This document shows positions 41,888-52,248 of a stretch of 64,000 nucleotides of DNA, piece after piece (the stretch's first letter is position 1; each line of letters starts with the position of its first letter). The notes beneath the pieces were generated by a model that saw only the letters and a program-made list of their open reading frames with translations, was not told the origin of the DNA and made no database searches. This DNA is from Octopus sinensis (Eukaryota). The stretch is from contig NC_043000.1 in the NCBI RefSeq assembly GCF_006345805.1, forward strand, positions 88,598,001 to 88,662,000, given 5' to 3'. A program made the translations under genes and the position numbers.

Positions 41888-44372
41888 TCATTATTCAATT
41901 TATTTCGAGATTTCTTACTAATAAAGACAGAATCGGTTTCTAACCTAGATCCAAGGTTCCTTCATTGGAATTTCAACATAAACAACAGGGTATGTATGAT
42001 TGTATGTATGTATGATTGTATGTATGTATGTATGTATGTATGTATGTATGTATGTATGTATGTATGTACGTACGTATGTATGTATGCCTGTGCAGATTTG
42101 TGTTTTTATTGTATGTACTCTCATGTATATAGTTACATATCTAAACATGGTCATAAATATTTAAATGATAATCTTCTGGAAAGTTTTACAGATTGTTAGA
42201 GTTCCTGTGATGGATTAGATCTATAGTCTTCTAATTAGCTTTCTCCATTCTAGTTTTGAGAAGCCTAATTTCTCAAGATCGGTATTTAGGCAGTGTGTTA
42301 CATATCCCAGGGCCCCAATAATTACACGTATAAACCTGATCTTGTAATTTCTCAATAGTTCAGCATAGGTGTTCTCTTTATCACTGATCTTCAGCCTTAT
42401 GTTAGCAGCCACTGGGCAACTAATTTTCACAACTGTACACATTTTCTCTTCTCAATCCCAAGTCATTATATCAGGCTTGTTGAGCTTACATTTTATTGAG
42501 GTCTTCACTGGTACATTCCACCAGTATTCCTTTTTATTATGAGTGGCTATGGCTTCTATCATATTGTGGGGTTTTATTTTTTCGTCGTCTGGATTATCCT
42601 TCCGACGGATTTCATTATAGAGTGCCCCAGCTACAACGCCAATTCTCATCGGTAGATAATACCGTGATGACATTTGTCGGACCACTTCTTATGATGTGGG
42701 TGATATCTTCAGTGTGAACTCAACAAAGTATGTATTGGTTGTCATATTGTATGGCTTTTCCCGCATCTCTATCACTTTTTGTGTATCAGGTAATTGGTTG
42801 ATATTTCGTGTTCCTGGATAACAAACGCATACCCTTCAAAGTGGGAGATAGTAACCTGCCTATTCGTCCATGATGGTCGATGTTTCTATCATCACGGAGC
42901 GTTCTACTAACATATCCATACACAGACTTCTGCACATATAGGCTCATCCTTTCATCTGATAATATGTTGCGGTAGAGTCGTGCGACTTCTTTGGGCATGT
43001 ATTCTAGGTTATCAAAGAAAGAGTGTTGCTCAAGGACCTACCTTCCAAGTCTTAAGATATTATCAACCTCATATATGCAAACTTGTTTAAGGGATACACT
43101 TCGACGCTTGTTGGTTAAAAGATGTTGCCGAAGGGATACGATGCGACATTCAAAGACATTTTGGATCGATGTTAAGCCTCTGCCACCTTGCTTACATTTT
43201 AGGTAGAGGCGGTATACGTCACTGTTTATTTGGATATTAAGTGTGCATGTTAGTATTTTTCGGGTTTTCACATCAAAGGCTCAGATCTCATCAAGCGTCC
43301 AATCAAGCAACCCAAATGTTGCCATGAGTACTGGTACTGCAAAAAATTGGGGGCCACTGTTTTATTGAATGCAAAGAGTTCTGAGGTCCAAATTTACTTT
43401 AGTCGGCTGTAATATTCTTTAGTGACGCGTATTTTGTTACAGGTGCCATTGTAAGATATATTTCCATCCACCCCTAGAAACCTGTAACATTCCTCATCAG
43501 ATAAAGAGGAAACACTCAAATCATTGATGGAGATGTTACTAGTCTGGTTTATACTTTTCCCTCTTTTCAGAACCGTATAACAACATTTATCCTGACCAAA
43601 CTCCAACTCTACATGCTTTGAGAATGCTTTAATTAGAGCAAAGCTCTTTTTCTTTTCATGTATATTTTTTCCATGAAGTTTTAAGTCATTCCACTAAGAA
43701 ACAGTGTGTAATTTTGGTATTTCTGTTTCCTTGTGAACCAGTGAGATGTCTTTCAGATTTCCTTAACATGAATGATACTTTACAGAAAGTATAAACAACA
43801 TCAGAGAGAGGCTGTATCTTTGGTATATGCCTTTGCGATACGGTATTCTATCGGTGATAATATAGTCACTCTTTGTGTTTAATTCAAAAATGGTAGGCCA
43901 CGATGCAGTCAGGTTAGCTATGGCTTTGTCTAATTTCACTGGAACATTAGCATGTTGAAGGGCTTCTAGCATCCATGAGTGGGAAACAGAGTCAAAGGCT
44001 TCCTTACAATCTAGCCACATTGAAACTAGGGTTTTCCTATGCTCTCGCACCTCTGACATCACAGTTTTGTTGATTAACAATTGCTCGGCACTTCCCCAGT
44101 CTCCCTTCTTCCCAGTTGCTTGTTCTGTTGTGATAATCTTATTGGTTTCAAAATGGTCTTGGAGAAAGAGGTTTAAACATGGTGTATATATCTTATACAA
44201 TAGGTTCTGGCATGCAATTGGCCTATAGATGTTTGCCATGTGGGTGGTCCTGAATTTGGGGGTCAATTTTGTCGCCGCGAGAGCTAACCAGTGTGGTATG
44301 CTACTATTCCCAATGAAAGCTTGCTGGTACAGATTGATAATATTTGGTCGGTAGAGTGTTAACTACTTGTAC

Positions 44373-44375
<3 letters not shown>
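41888..44375 (-). mobile_element. 5'-truncated R4/Dong-like non-LTR retrotransposon (RT + restriction-like endonuclease), decayed
   Basis: YRPIACQNLLYK, WLDCKEAFDSVSH, MEFGQDKC, RLYLKCKQGGRGL, WWNVPV..NKPDIMTWD, IIGALG; 3' UTR contains (CATA)n. Confidence 0.88.
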
Positions 44376-44404
<29 letters not shown>

Positions 44405-44442
44405 TGTATGTATATATGTATGTATGTATGTATGTATATATG

Positions 44443-44476
<34 letters not shown>

Positions 44477-44505
44477 TGTATGTATGTATGTATGTATGTA
44501 TGTAT
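44376..44505. repeat. (TATG)n microsatellite
   Basis: Directly visible at the 5' junction of the R4-like element. Confidence 0.95.
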
Positions 44506-44809
44506 GCATATATGGGAAGAAAGAATGAGAGAGAGAGAATAGGTGTATTTGTGAATATTCATGATATGAAATCAATACAGAGAGTACTTTCGTTTCCAAT
44601 TTTTGGTTGTAATTTTTTAATATTTAAAATCCTTTTAAGGTAATGAATATTTTTCTACTGAAAATTTGCATTCATTTCATCATTCACTATAAGTAATAAG
44701 AAATTTCACAAAAATTATAATTGTTGCATGCATGATTTTTTTCCTGATACTACAGTTGGGTGACAAAAGTACGCTTTCAACGATTCCCGTCATATGACGG
44801 ATAGCCTCT

Positions 44810-44840
<31 letters not shown>

Positions 44841-44847
<7 letters not shown>

Positions 44848-45590
44848 GGGTAGAAGTTGATATTTATCAATTAAAACCAGTGGTCTAGCATATTAAACTC
44901 AAATCAAACTCAGCACAAGACCAAAGCAATAAACAAGTGAAAATATACGAAATAAAATAATTACGGGTAATTAATTAAGGGTAGAAATTGATATTTATCA
45001 ATTAAAACCAGTGGTCAAGCATATTAAAAAAAGAATCCGAAGATTAAAATATTTATATATCTAGCATGTTGACTGTCCACTTTTCGTGTTCAGTCCTAAA
45101 TTGGTATATATAAATATTTTAATCTTCGGATTCTTTTTTTTAATATGCTAGACCACTGGTTTTAATTGATAAATATCAATTTCTACCCTTAATTAATTTT
45201 ATATAAATAAATATGTTCTCTAACCGATAAATTGACTGCTGCTAATTATTAGCTGCAGGCTGGTTTTTTCGGGTCTCAACGCGCCAAAGTAGAGGCATTT
45301 GAAAGATATATTCGAATGTAATAGGTTGAACTCCATGCACGCGATACTCCAGTATCGTTTTTGCATCTAGTCCAGCAAATTGCATTTATAACGGGCCATG
45401 CTGATGAATGCTACAGTTATCCTTGCGGAAAATAATAGCCGAAACTGATCAGTACATGAGTAATTATTTTATTTCGTATATTTTCACTTGTTTATTGCTT
45501 TGGTCTTGTGCTGAGTTTGATTTGAGAACATAATCTTTTGTGGAGAATGGCGATTTGACGTCTATATCTAGCATGTTGACTGTCCACTTT
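44841..45590. mobile_element. Rearranged PLE-type terminal repeat (direct and inverted segments) carrying a hammerhead
   Basis: 44841-44896 repeats at ~44974-45028; 44972-45060 is inverted at 45105-45198; 45383-45590 is homologous to the reverse complement of 57835-58042. Confidence 0.85.
45397..45458 (+). ncRNA. Type I hammerhead ribozyme, intact core
   Basis: CATG-CTGATGA-[stem II GCTA..ttat..cc ttgc gg..ataa..TAGC]-GAAAC-T-GATC-A-GTA-CATG; predicted cleavage after GUA at 45454. Confidence 0.8.
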
Positions 45591-47591
45591 GAACACCAAA
45601 TGCTAGCAGCTGGAACAATTACCGTAAAGCATATGTTTTCGACCGTTTAACGTTTCTGTCTGCTAATCGTGCTTTATTATTCGTACTATAAGCGTAAAGG
45701 AGAGAAAAATAACAGAAGTATTAAATAACCGAAGTAAATATGATATACTTATTTTCGTTTCTTTTGTCTGTGTCTTTAGATATTATATTTCTTCCTATGT
45801 TCACCTTGTTATTCCTCCTTCTGAAAACTATGAGAAAAAGAAAATTCAAAATCTAAAATTCAGATAATTGATTGTATTTTCTTCACATATTTGTGTTTCG
45901 TGCCATTGTTCTACTAAATGTTTAGAAATTATGGATAAATTTGAACGCAGACAGCCGGTTGCAAAGAACAATGAGAATTCGTCTCATGTTCTTGTTTATT
46001 TGTCACTTCACTATCTAAGACAGCGGAATAAAGTGGGAATAATTAACGGCTTCGTGGATTTTAAAGATGTATTCGTATGAATAAAAGATTCTAGCATTTA
46101 AATTAGTAGCGAAGAGTTAAGTTACAAATTGAAAATCTCTTTGGTAAAGTAGAACTTTATCCAACATTTCTATATCAGGATTCATTAGGTGTAACTCCAA
46201 AATAAGTTATTTGTAACGAGATTATATGCCGTATTCACAAACATTTAGTATGCTATAAGAACCAAAGATCTAAATATAGGTGTTTAGTTATTAAAATTAA
46301 AAAGAGGATGTATGTATGTATATATATATATATATATATATATTTGGGGGAGGTAGGTATGAATGTATGGACGTATATTAGTCATTTTCTATTCCTCGAC
46401 AAAATTAGATCAATGTGAACAATTAACATTTCAAACAAGTAATTAACTATTTAATTGCAAAAAAAATAATAATCTCGCTGTTGGCTTACATGATGGAAGA
46501 GTGGTATTATTAAGTGGCTTTGTATTGTGGAATCAAATCTAAAGAAAATGGGTCGTTTCTTACGCTTATATCGTTTTTAAGATCACTTTGCTTTCCTCCT
46601 CTACTATCTCAAATTTTCCTTTCATTCGACTGAGATCGATAAAATATAGTACTAGACAAGTACGTAGGCCTTGTCTCTAAGTCAGAATTGCCCCTAAGTC
46701 AGTAGAATGGCAGAATATTTGAAACAGCGAGCAAAATTGTTTACCTACACGCAATATTTTCATCTCCAGTCAAACCTCGATCAGTTTTGCGTTACATCAT
46801 TCTAGTGTTGAAAATATAAAGGACCAATCAAGTACTGCGGTCGATATACTGCTTTGTACCAGTTTTAGACATCAGTATTGACCTTATTATTTTGTACCTG
46901 TACTTTTTTAACATTGAATCCGACAGAGTGAAATTCCCCTTTAACTTATATGGGGTAGATAAAATAAAATATCACTCAAGTACTGTATCACTATATTCTA
47001 CATGATTCTCCTACATAATGCGAAACAACGGTGTTTGTTACAGACGCGAACGAAGACTGGGTCATAAGATTAATAAGGTTTTCTAATTCTTTGTAACTAT
47101 TTCATTTGAAGATTTATAGAAAAAACATAATACACAAATTTTCATTCTAAAGAAAAGCATTGGGAGTGGGTTCCAGTGTTTTAATCCCTTGCAAAATAAC
47201 GTGATTTATTTTCAAGTGCAGGTGTACATCTCACACTTCTTCCAACTATGCATTTCGTATTTTATTTAGAAAAAACAAAACCCACAAAATTATTACTGTT
47301 GACAGCTGGTGTTAACGTGTTTCTAGTTGCTTCTTACGAGAGATTTCCAAATTCAGTACCACTATTGGCACGTCATTCTATGACGTTCCCTTTTTTATTT
47401 ACTATTTTTTTCTCTGTAATTGACTGTCTTCGCTTTTCTAACAACTTTCATTTTCATATAATTCCGTATAGACCAATATATTACATCTCTACAAATACAA
47501 CGTCAGAGAAAATCTAATTGCTAGCGAGAAAGAAAAAGTCGATTTGCACTAGCATTTAGGAATAAATATTTTTAATTTTTTCGTTGTATTA

Positions 47592-48167
47592 AGGCGCTGA
47601 GCTGGCAGAAACGTTAGCACGCTGGGCGAAATGCTTGGTGGTATTTCGTCTGCGGCTACGTCCTGAGTTCAAATTCCGCCGAGGTCGACTTCCCCTTTCA
47701 TACTTTGGCGGTCGATTAAATAAGTACTACATACGCACTAGGGTCGATATAATCGACTTAATCCGTTTGTCTGTCCTTGCTTGTCCTCTCTGTGTTTAGC
47801 CCCTTGTAGGTAGTAAAGAAATAGAAATAGGTATTTCGCCCTCTTCATGTTCTAAGTTCAAATTCCGCCACAGTCAAATTTGCCAGTCGTCATTTCGAAT
47901 TTGATAAAATAAGTACCAATTGAGCACTAGGGTCGATGCAATCGACTTACCCTTCTCCCGAAATTGCTGGCCTTGTATCAAAATTTCGAATCAATATTTT
48001 CGTTGTATGCGAAGGCGGCGAGCTGACAGGATCGTTAACACGCCAGGCAAAATGGTTAGCGGCATCTCATCCGTCTTCACGTTGTGGATCAAATTCCGCC
48101 GAGATCGACTTTGCCTTTCATTCTATTGGAGTCGATAAAATAAGTACCTTTTGAGTATTTTATCCCT
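47592..48167 (+). mobile_element. Cluster of three tandem/nested SINE family A copies
   Basis: Long-tail copy 47592-47825, partial copy 47829-47990, copy 48012-48150; target motif ttttcgttgt occurs three times. Confidence 0.85.
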
Positions 48168-48474
48168 CAATATTTTCGTTGTGTTCAAGACAGTGTAATG
48201 CTCAAAAAGAAAAAAAAGGTGTTACCTATTTTAGTTATGTTCCTTTATTTTATTTATTTATTCCTTTTTCTAGTTCAAATCTCATCTACAATAGTATCTT
48301 TCATCCCTCTGAAACCAATAAAATATTCATCATTTACTGCAATCTATTTTATTGGCTTGTGCTACAGTTATTAGGGGAATAAATGTTAATGCTGAATAAA
48401 CTGAAGCAGTCTCACGTTTCGAATCCGCTGCAAAATATATAATTTTAGATGATTAGAAAATAAAGCTATCATTA

Positions 48475-48745
48475 ATATGGATTTCAAATTTTGACTCAAT
48501 GCCAGCAGTTGCGGGAAAGGAGGGGAATCAATTACATTGATTCCAGTGCTCAACTGGTACTTTATTTCATCGACTCGGAAATGATGAAAAGCCAAGTGGA
48601 CTCCTTCGGCATTTGAATTCTGAACGTGAACTCGGACGAACTGCCACTAATCATTTTGTCCTACGGGGTAAAGTTTCTTCCCGGAAGAAATGCTGCTAAT
48701 CATTTCGTCCGACTCGGCAACGATTCTGCCAGCTAACCGTCTTAA
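48475..48745 (-). mobile_element. SINE family A, short-tail variant with internal duplication
   Basis: Reverse complement starts aagacggttagctggcagaatcgttg; ctaatcatttt is repeated. Confidence 0.75.
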
Positions 48746-49417
48746 AACTGTGATTAATATTGAGTTCCACTATTCGAAGACATATTTTGCTTCTATTACA
48801 CAATTTCCAGCTTCGATACTCTAGTACCATTGTTGCCCAATTCTACATTGTATAAGTATCTCTTTGCCTGTGTTATAAATCAGTGTTTGTTAACATTTAA
48901 TCACGTATAGTAGATATGAATTTAGAAAGCAAACGGTGAGACGCTGTAAGATCTATGACTTTTTTAATAGTATAGAAAGTGAAATAGATTAATTCAGCTA
49001 ATGAGAATGCTTTGGTTCTAATTCATTTAACTCATTAGTATTTCCCATTGTAACTTTCTTATCAATGTTCTAATCATCACCAAATGATATATCATTAAAC
49101 TGCACTTAACTTGCAACAACAAGAATGACTAAATATTATTATAACGATTATTTGTTTTATTTTCCATAACACTGTCAAGTGAGATGATGATAATGCAATT
49201 GTTGAAGAACGCAGTCTGTTCATTACCTTCTATTAAAGTGCTATTTTGATACCAATATTTCTGCTTTAATCAGCAATTAGAGTGAAAGACATCGTTTGAA
49301 GTACGTCTTAATAATAGCAAATCTTGGAAAGTATTTACTCTTCAACTTGGTCAGATTTTTCTGCTTAATATATTGATGATGACGATGAAGATGGTAGTGG
49401 TGGTAGAGGAGGGGGTG

Positions 49418-49454
<37 letters not shown>

Positions 49455-49764
49455 GAAGTAATGTCGTGAAAGCAGAACTAGGGTGATTTTCAAAATGCAC
49501 TCCACCCCAATTACAGTAATATCGACAAGCTATATTTACTAAGAATGAAATGAGACAGTTGGTTATCTTTTATTTGTTTCAATCATTAGGCTACGGTAAT
49601 GTTGGGACACCGCTTTGAAGAATTTTTGTCGAATGAATCGACATTTTTAAAGTGCTAGGTTTTTTGAAGTGTGTTACTTACTCTATCGATATATTTTGCC
49701 AAACCGCTATGTTACAGGGAGGTAAACACAGCAACACCGGTTGTCAGACGATGGTGGTGGTGAT

Positions 49765-49818
<54 letters not shown>

Positions 49819-49819
<1 letters not shown>

Positions 49820-50711
49820 GTTAATTCAAACATGAAAACACAACAACGCGAGGACGTGGAACAAGTATAGTGTTATTGGACGCTCAGGAAAGGAAAGAGG
49901 AAAAGAGGATGTAGCGTCTCGAGTAGAGCTCTTCGTCAGAAACATCGAAAAAGGAAAAATCCAAGGAAGGCAAGACGGAGGAAAAACATCGCCAACGATA
50001 GACACGCGGTCACATATTGAATGACCTGAAGGGAATGAGTAAACAAAAGATGTTTTCAAAGACAGGAGAGTGCAAGAGAAGGAGGCATGTGTCCGTATGT
50101 GTGGGTATGTACGTGCACACATGTCTGTTTTTGTGTATGTGTGTGTGTATAATGATAGCACGTGTGTCTGTGTGTGTGTGTGGTTCTGGCTGTTAATCTG
50201 TGTGTCGTTTAAAGTATCGTTTAAAGTCATAGTAAGAATTGATAGTAGGAGTGCTCCTGTTGTGTCTCTCCCTACACATGTGCGTGAGAGAATGGTCATT
50301 GGAAGGTACTGGTACTTTGAAGTATGTGTGTGTGTATGTATATGTAGTGTGTGTGTGTGTATATGTACGTATGTGTGTGTTCATGTGTGTATGTGGGTAT
50401 GCATAGGGATTGTGTGTGTGGGGGGATAACTGTGCTTTACTTTCTGTATGTGGGCGTGTCTGCTTGTATGTGCGTATGTGTGTATACATGTATATATAAT
50501 TGTGTGCGTATATATATAAGCCCCTACCGAAAAGCTAGTACTAAAATCTCCCTAAGTGATGAACGCAGTAGTTGTACTAGCAACTAATATTCGCAGCCAC
50601 TTCAATATGGCTGTTCCGTTCGAACGCACTTTACTGCGTTTTACCCTCTCTGTGTACGATAATACTTATTTTGTTGTGTTTTCTCTTCGTGTTTTCATGT
50701 TTGGATTTACT

Positions 50712-50716
<5 letters not shown>
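49819..50716. mobile_element. Non-coding PLE-derived element with inverted termini in (TA)n
   Basis: agttaattcaaacatgaaaacac versus gtgttttcatgtttggatttact; left end homologous to 31880-31975; degenerate minus-strand hammerhead at 49907-49946 (CTGACGA-A-GAG..CTC-GAGAC). Confidence 0.7.
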
Positions 50717-50744
<28 letters not shown>

Positions 50745-50747
<3 letters not shown>

Positions 50748-51058
50748 ATAGACAATGTAAGACGACAAAAGAATGAAAGAGACCTCGATATAATGTACAT
50801 AGAGGAATTTATCTGTAAATGTAATATGTGACAATTATTCGGTAGCCATGATAAAACTCCGAGTTTGGGATGTCGTGGTGGAAATCCATGCCGCCATCTC
50901 TTTAAGCAAAGATTCCCATTTGTTTAACGGTCATTTTCATACCATTTTTTCCGATGGCCTGATAACTGAAGAGATGGCGGTGTAGATTTCAACCCCGACT
51001 TACAAAACTTGGAGTTTTATCATGGCTACCAAATAATTGTTATATATTACATTTACAT
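50745..51058. repeat. Fold-back terminal repeat with a hammerhead motif (50960-51022)
   Basis: 50813-50900 is inverted at 50969-51058; + arm reads TGATAA-CTGAAGA-GATG...(a)AAAC-TTGGA-GTT-TTATCA. Confidence 0.75.
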
Positions 51059-51187
51059 ATATATATATATATATAAATTGTTATTCCGACCAGAAAATCC
51101 TGGGTAGCTGTATTTACATGATTTGTGTTCTTTTATTTCAAGATTATTTTCACTGTCTTAGCTGATCGATTCTTTTCTACATGCTGA

Positions 51188-51223
<36 letters not shown>

Positions 51224-51225
51224 TG

Positions 51226-51279
<54 letters not shown>

Positions 51280-51295
51280 CAAATATATATAATAA

Positions 51296-51493
51296 ATTAT
51301 AGATAAGGGTAAAAGAAAAACAATTTCTATGCCAATATGATGAAATATAAGACCTTAGATCGTAATTTCAGTTGGCTTGCTTTCCTCGTTTCAACATGCT
51401 GTGTAGTTATAGCGAAAATTATTGTATGTAGTTAGACGATCTATTTTTCAGCATATTGGCACAGAATTTTTTTCTTTTTCCCTTATTTATAAT
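51296..51493. repeat. Degenerate fold-back next to (TA)n
   Basis: attatagataagggtaaaagaaaaacaatttctatgccaatatgatgaaa versus tttcagcatattggcacagaatttttttctttttcccttatttataat. Confidence 0.75.
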
Positions 51494-51659
51494 CGTTTAT
51501 AATTTTCACCTTAAAATGCATTTTAGTATGCTGGCCATTGATAAAATTTTTTGAAACATTTTATCCTATATTAGAAGTGTATATATATATACAATTAGAC
51601 GAACTGAGATAGGAATAGAAGTATGAAAGCAATGAATAGTAACTTACGAAACCGCCGGT

Positions 51660-52020
51660 ATACTCTTTACTCTCTTTTACTTGTTTCAGTCATTTTACTG
51701 CGGCCATGCTGGAGCACCGCCTTTAGTCGAGCAAATCGACCCCGGGACTTATTCTTTGTAAGCCCAGTACTTATTCTATCGGTCTCTTTTGTCGAACCGC
51801 TAAATAACAGGGAAATAAACACACCAGCATCGGTTGTCAAGCAATGCTAGGGGGACAAACACACACACACAAACACACACACATACACACACATATATAT
51901 ATACATATATACGACAGGCGTCTTTCAGTTCCACTCACAAATCCACTCACAAGGCATTAGTCGGCCTGGGGCTATAGCAGAACTGAACTCAGAACCATGT
52001 GGTTGGTTAGCAAGCTACTT
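51660..52020 (-). mobile_element. CORE-type SINE family B, body and tail (head displaced to 57451-57488 by the Tx1 insertion)
   Basis: Joining across the TSD restores ggcgcaggagtggctgtgtggtaagtagcttgctaaccaaccacatggttc. Confidence 0.9.
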
Positions 52021-52248
52021 TATTTCATATAATTTGCCATTTAGGCATTTACAAAGAGGGGACAAACAAGGACAGACAAATATAAAGGGTGAAGTAGCTT
52101 AACACAGTTACAATTTTCGAATGAAATTACGGATAAGATTATAAACAATGAATTTTACGAAGGCAATGTTTAAAAATATTAATGATCATGTCGAAGGACG
52201 GACACCCAGCCATCCGGGTAGAACCTTTACTTTCTGATCCGCTCACAC

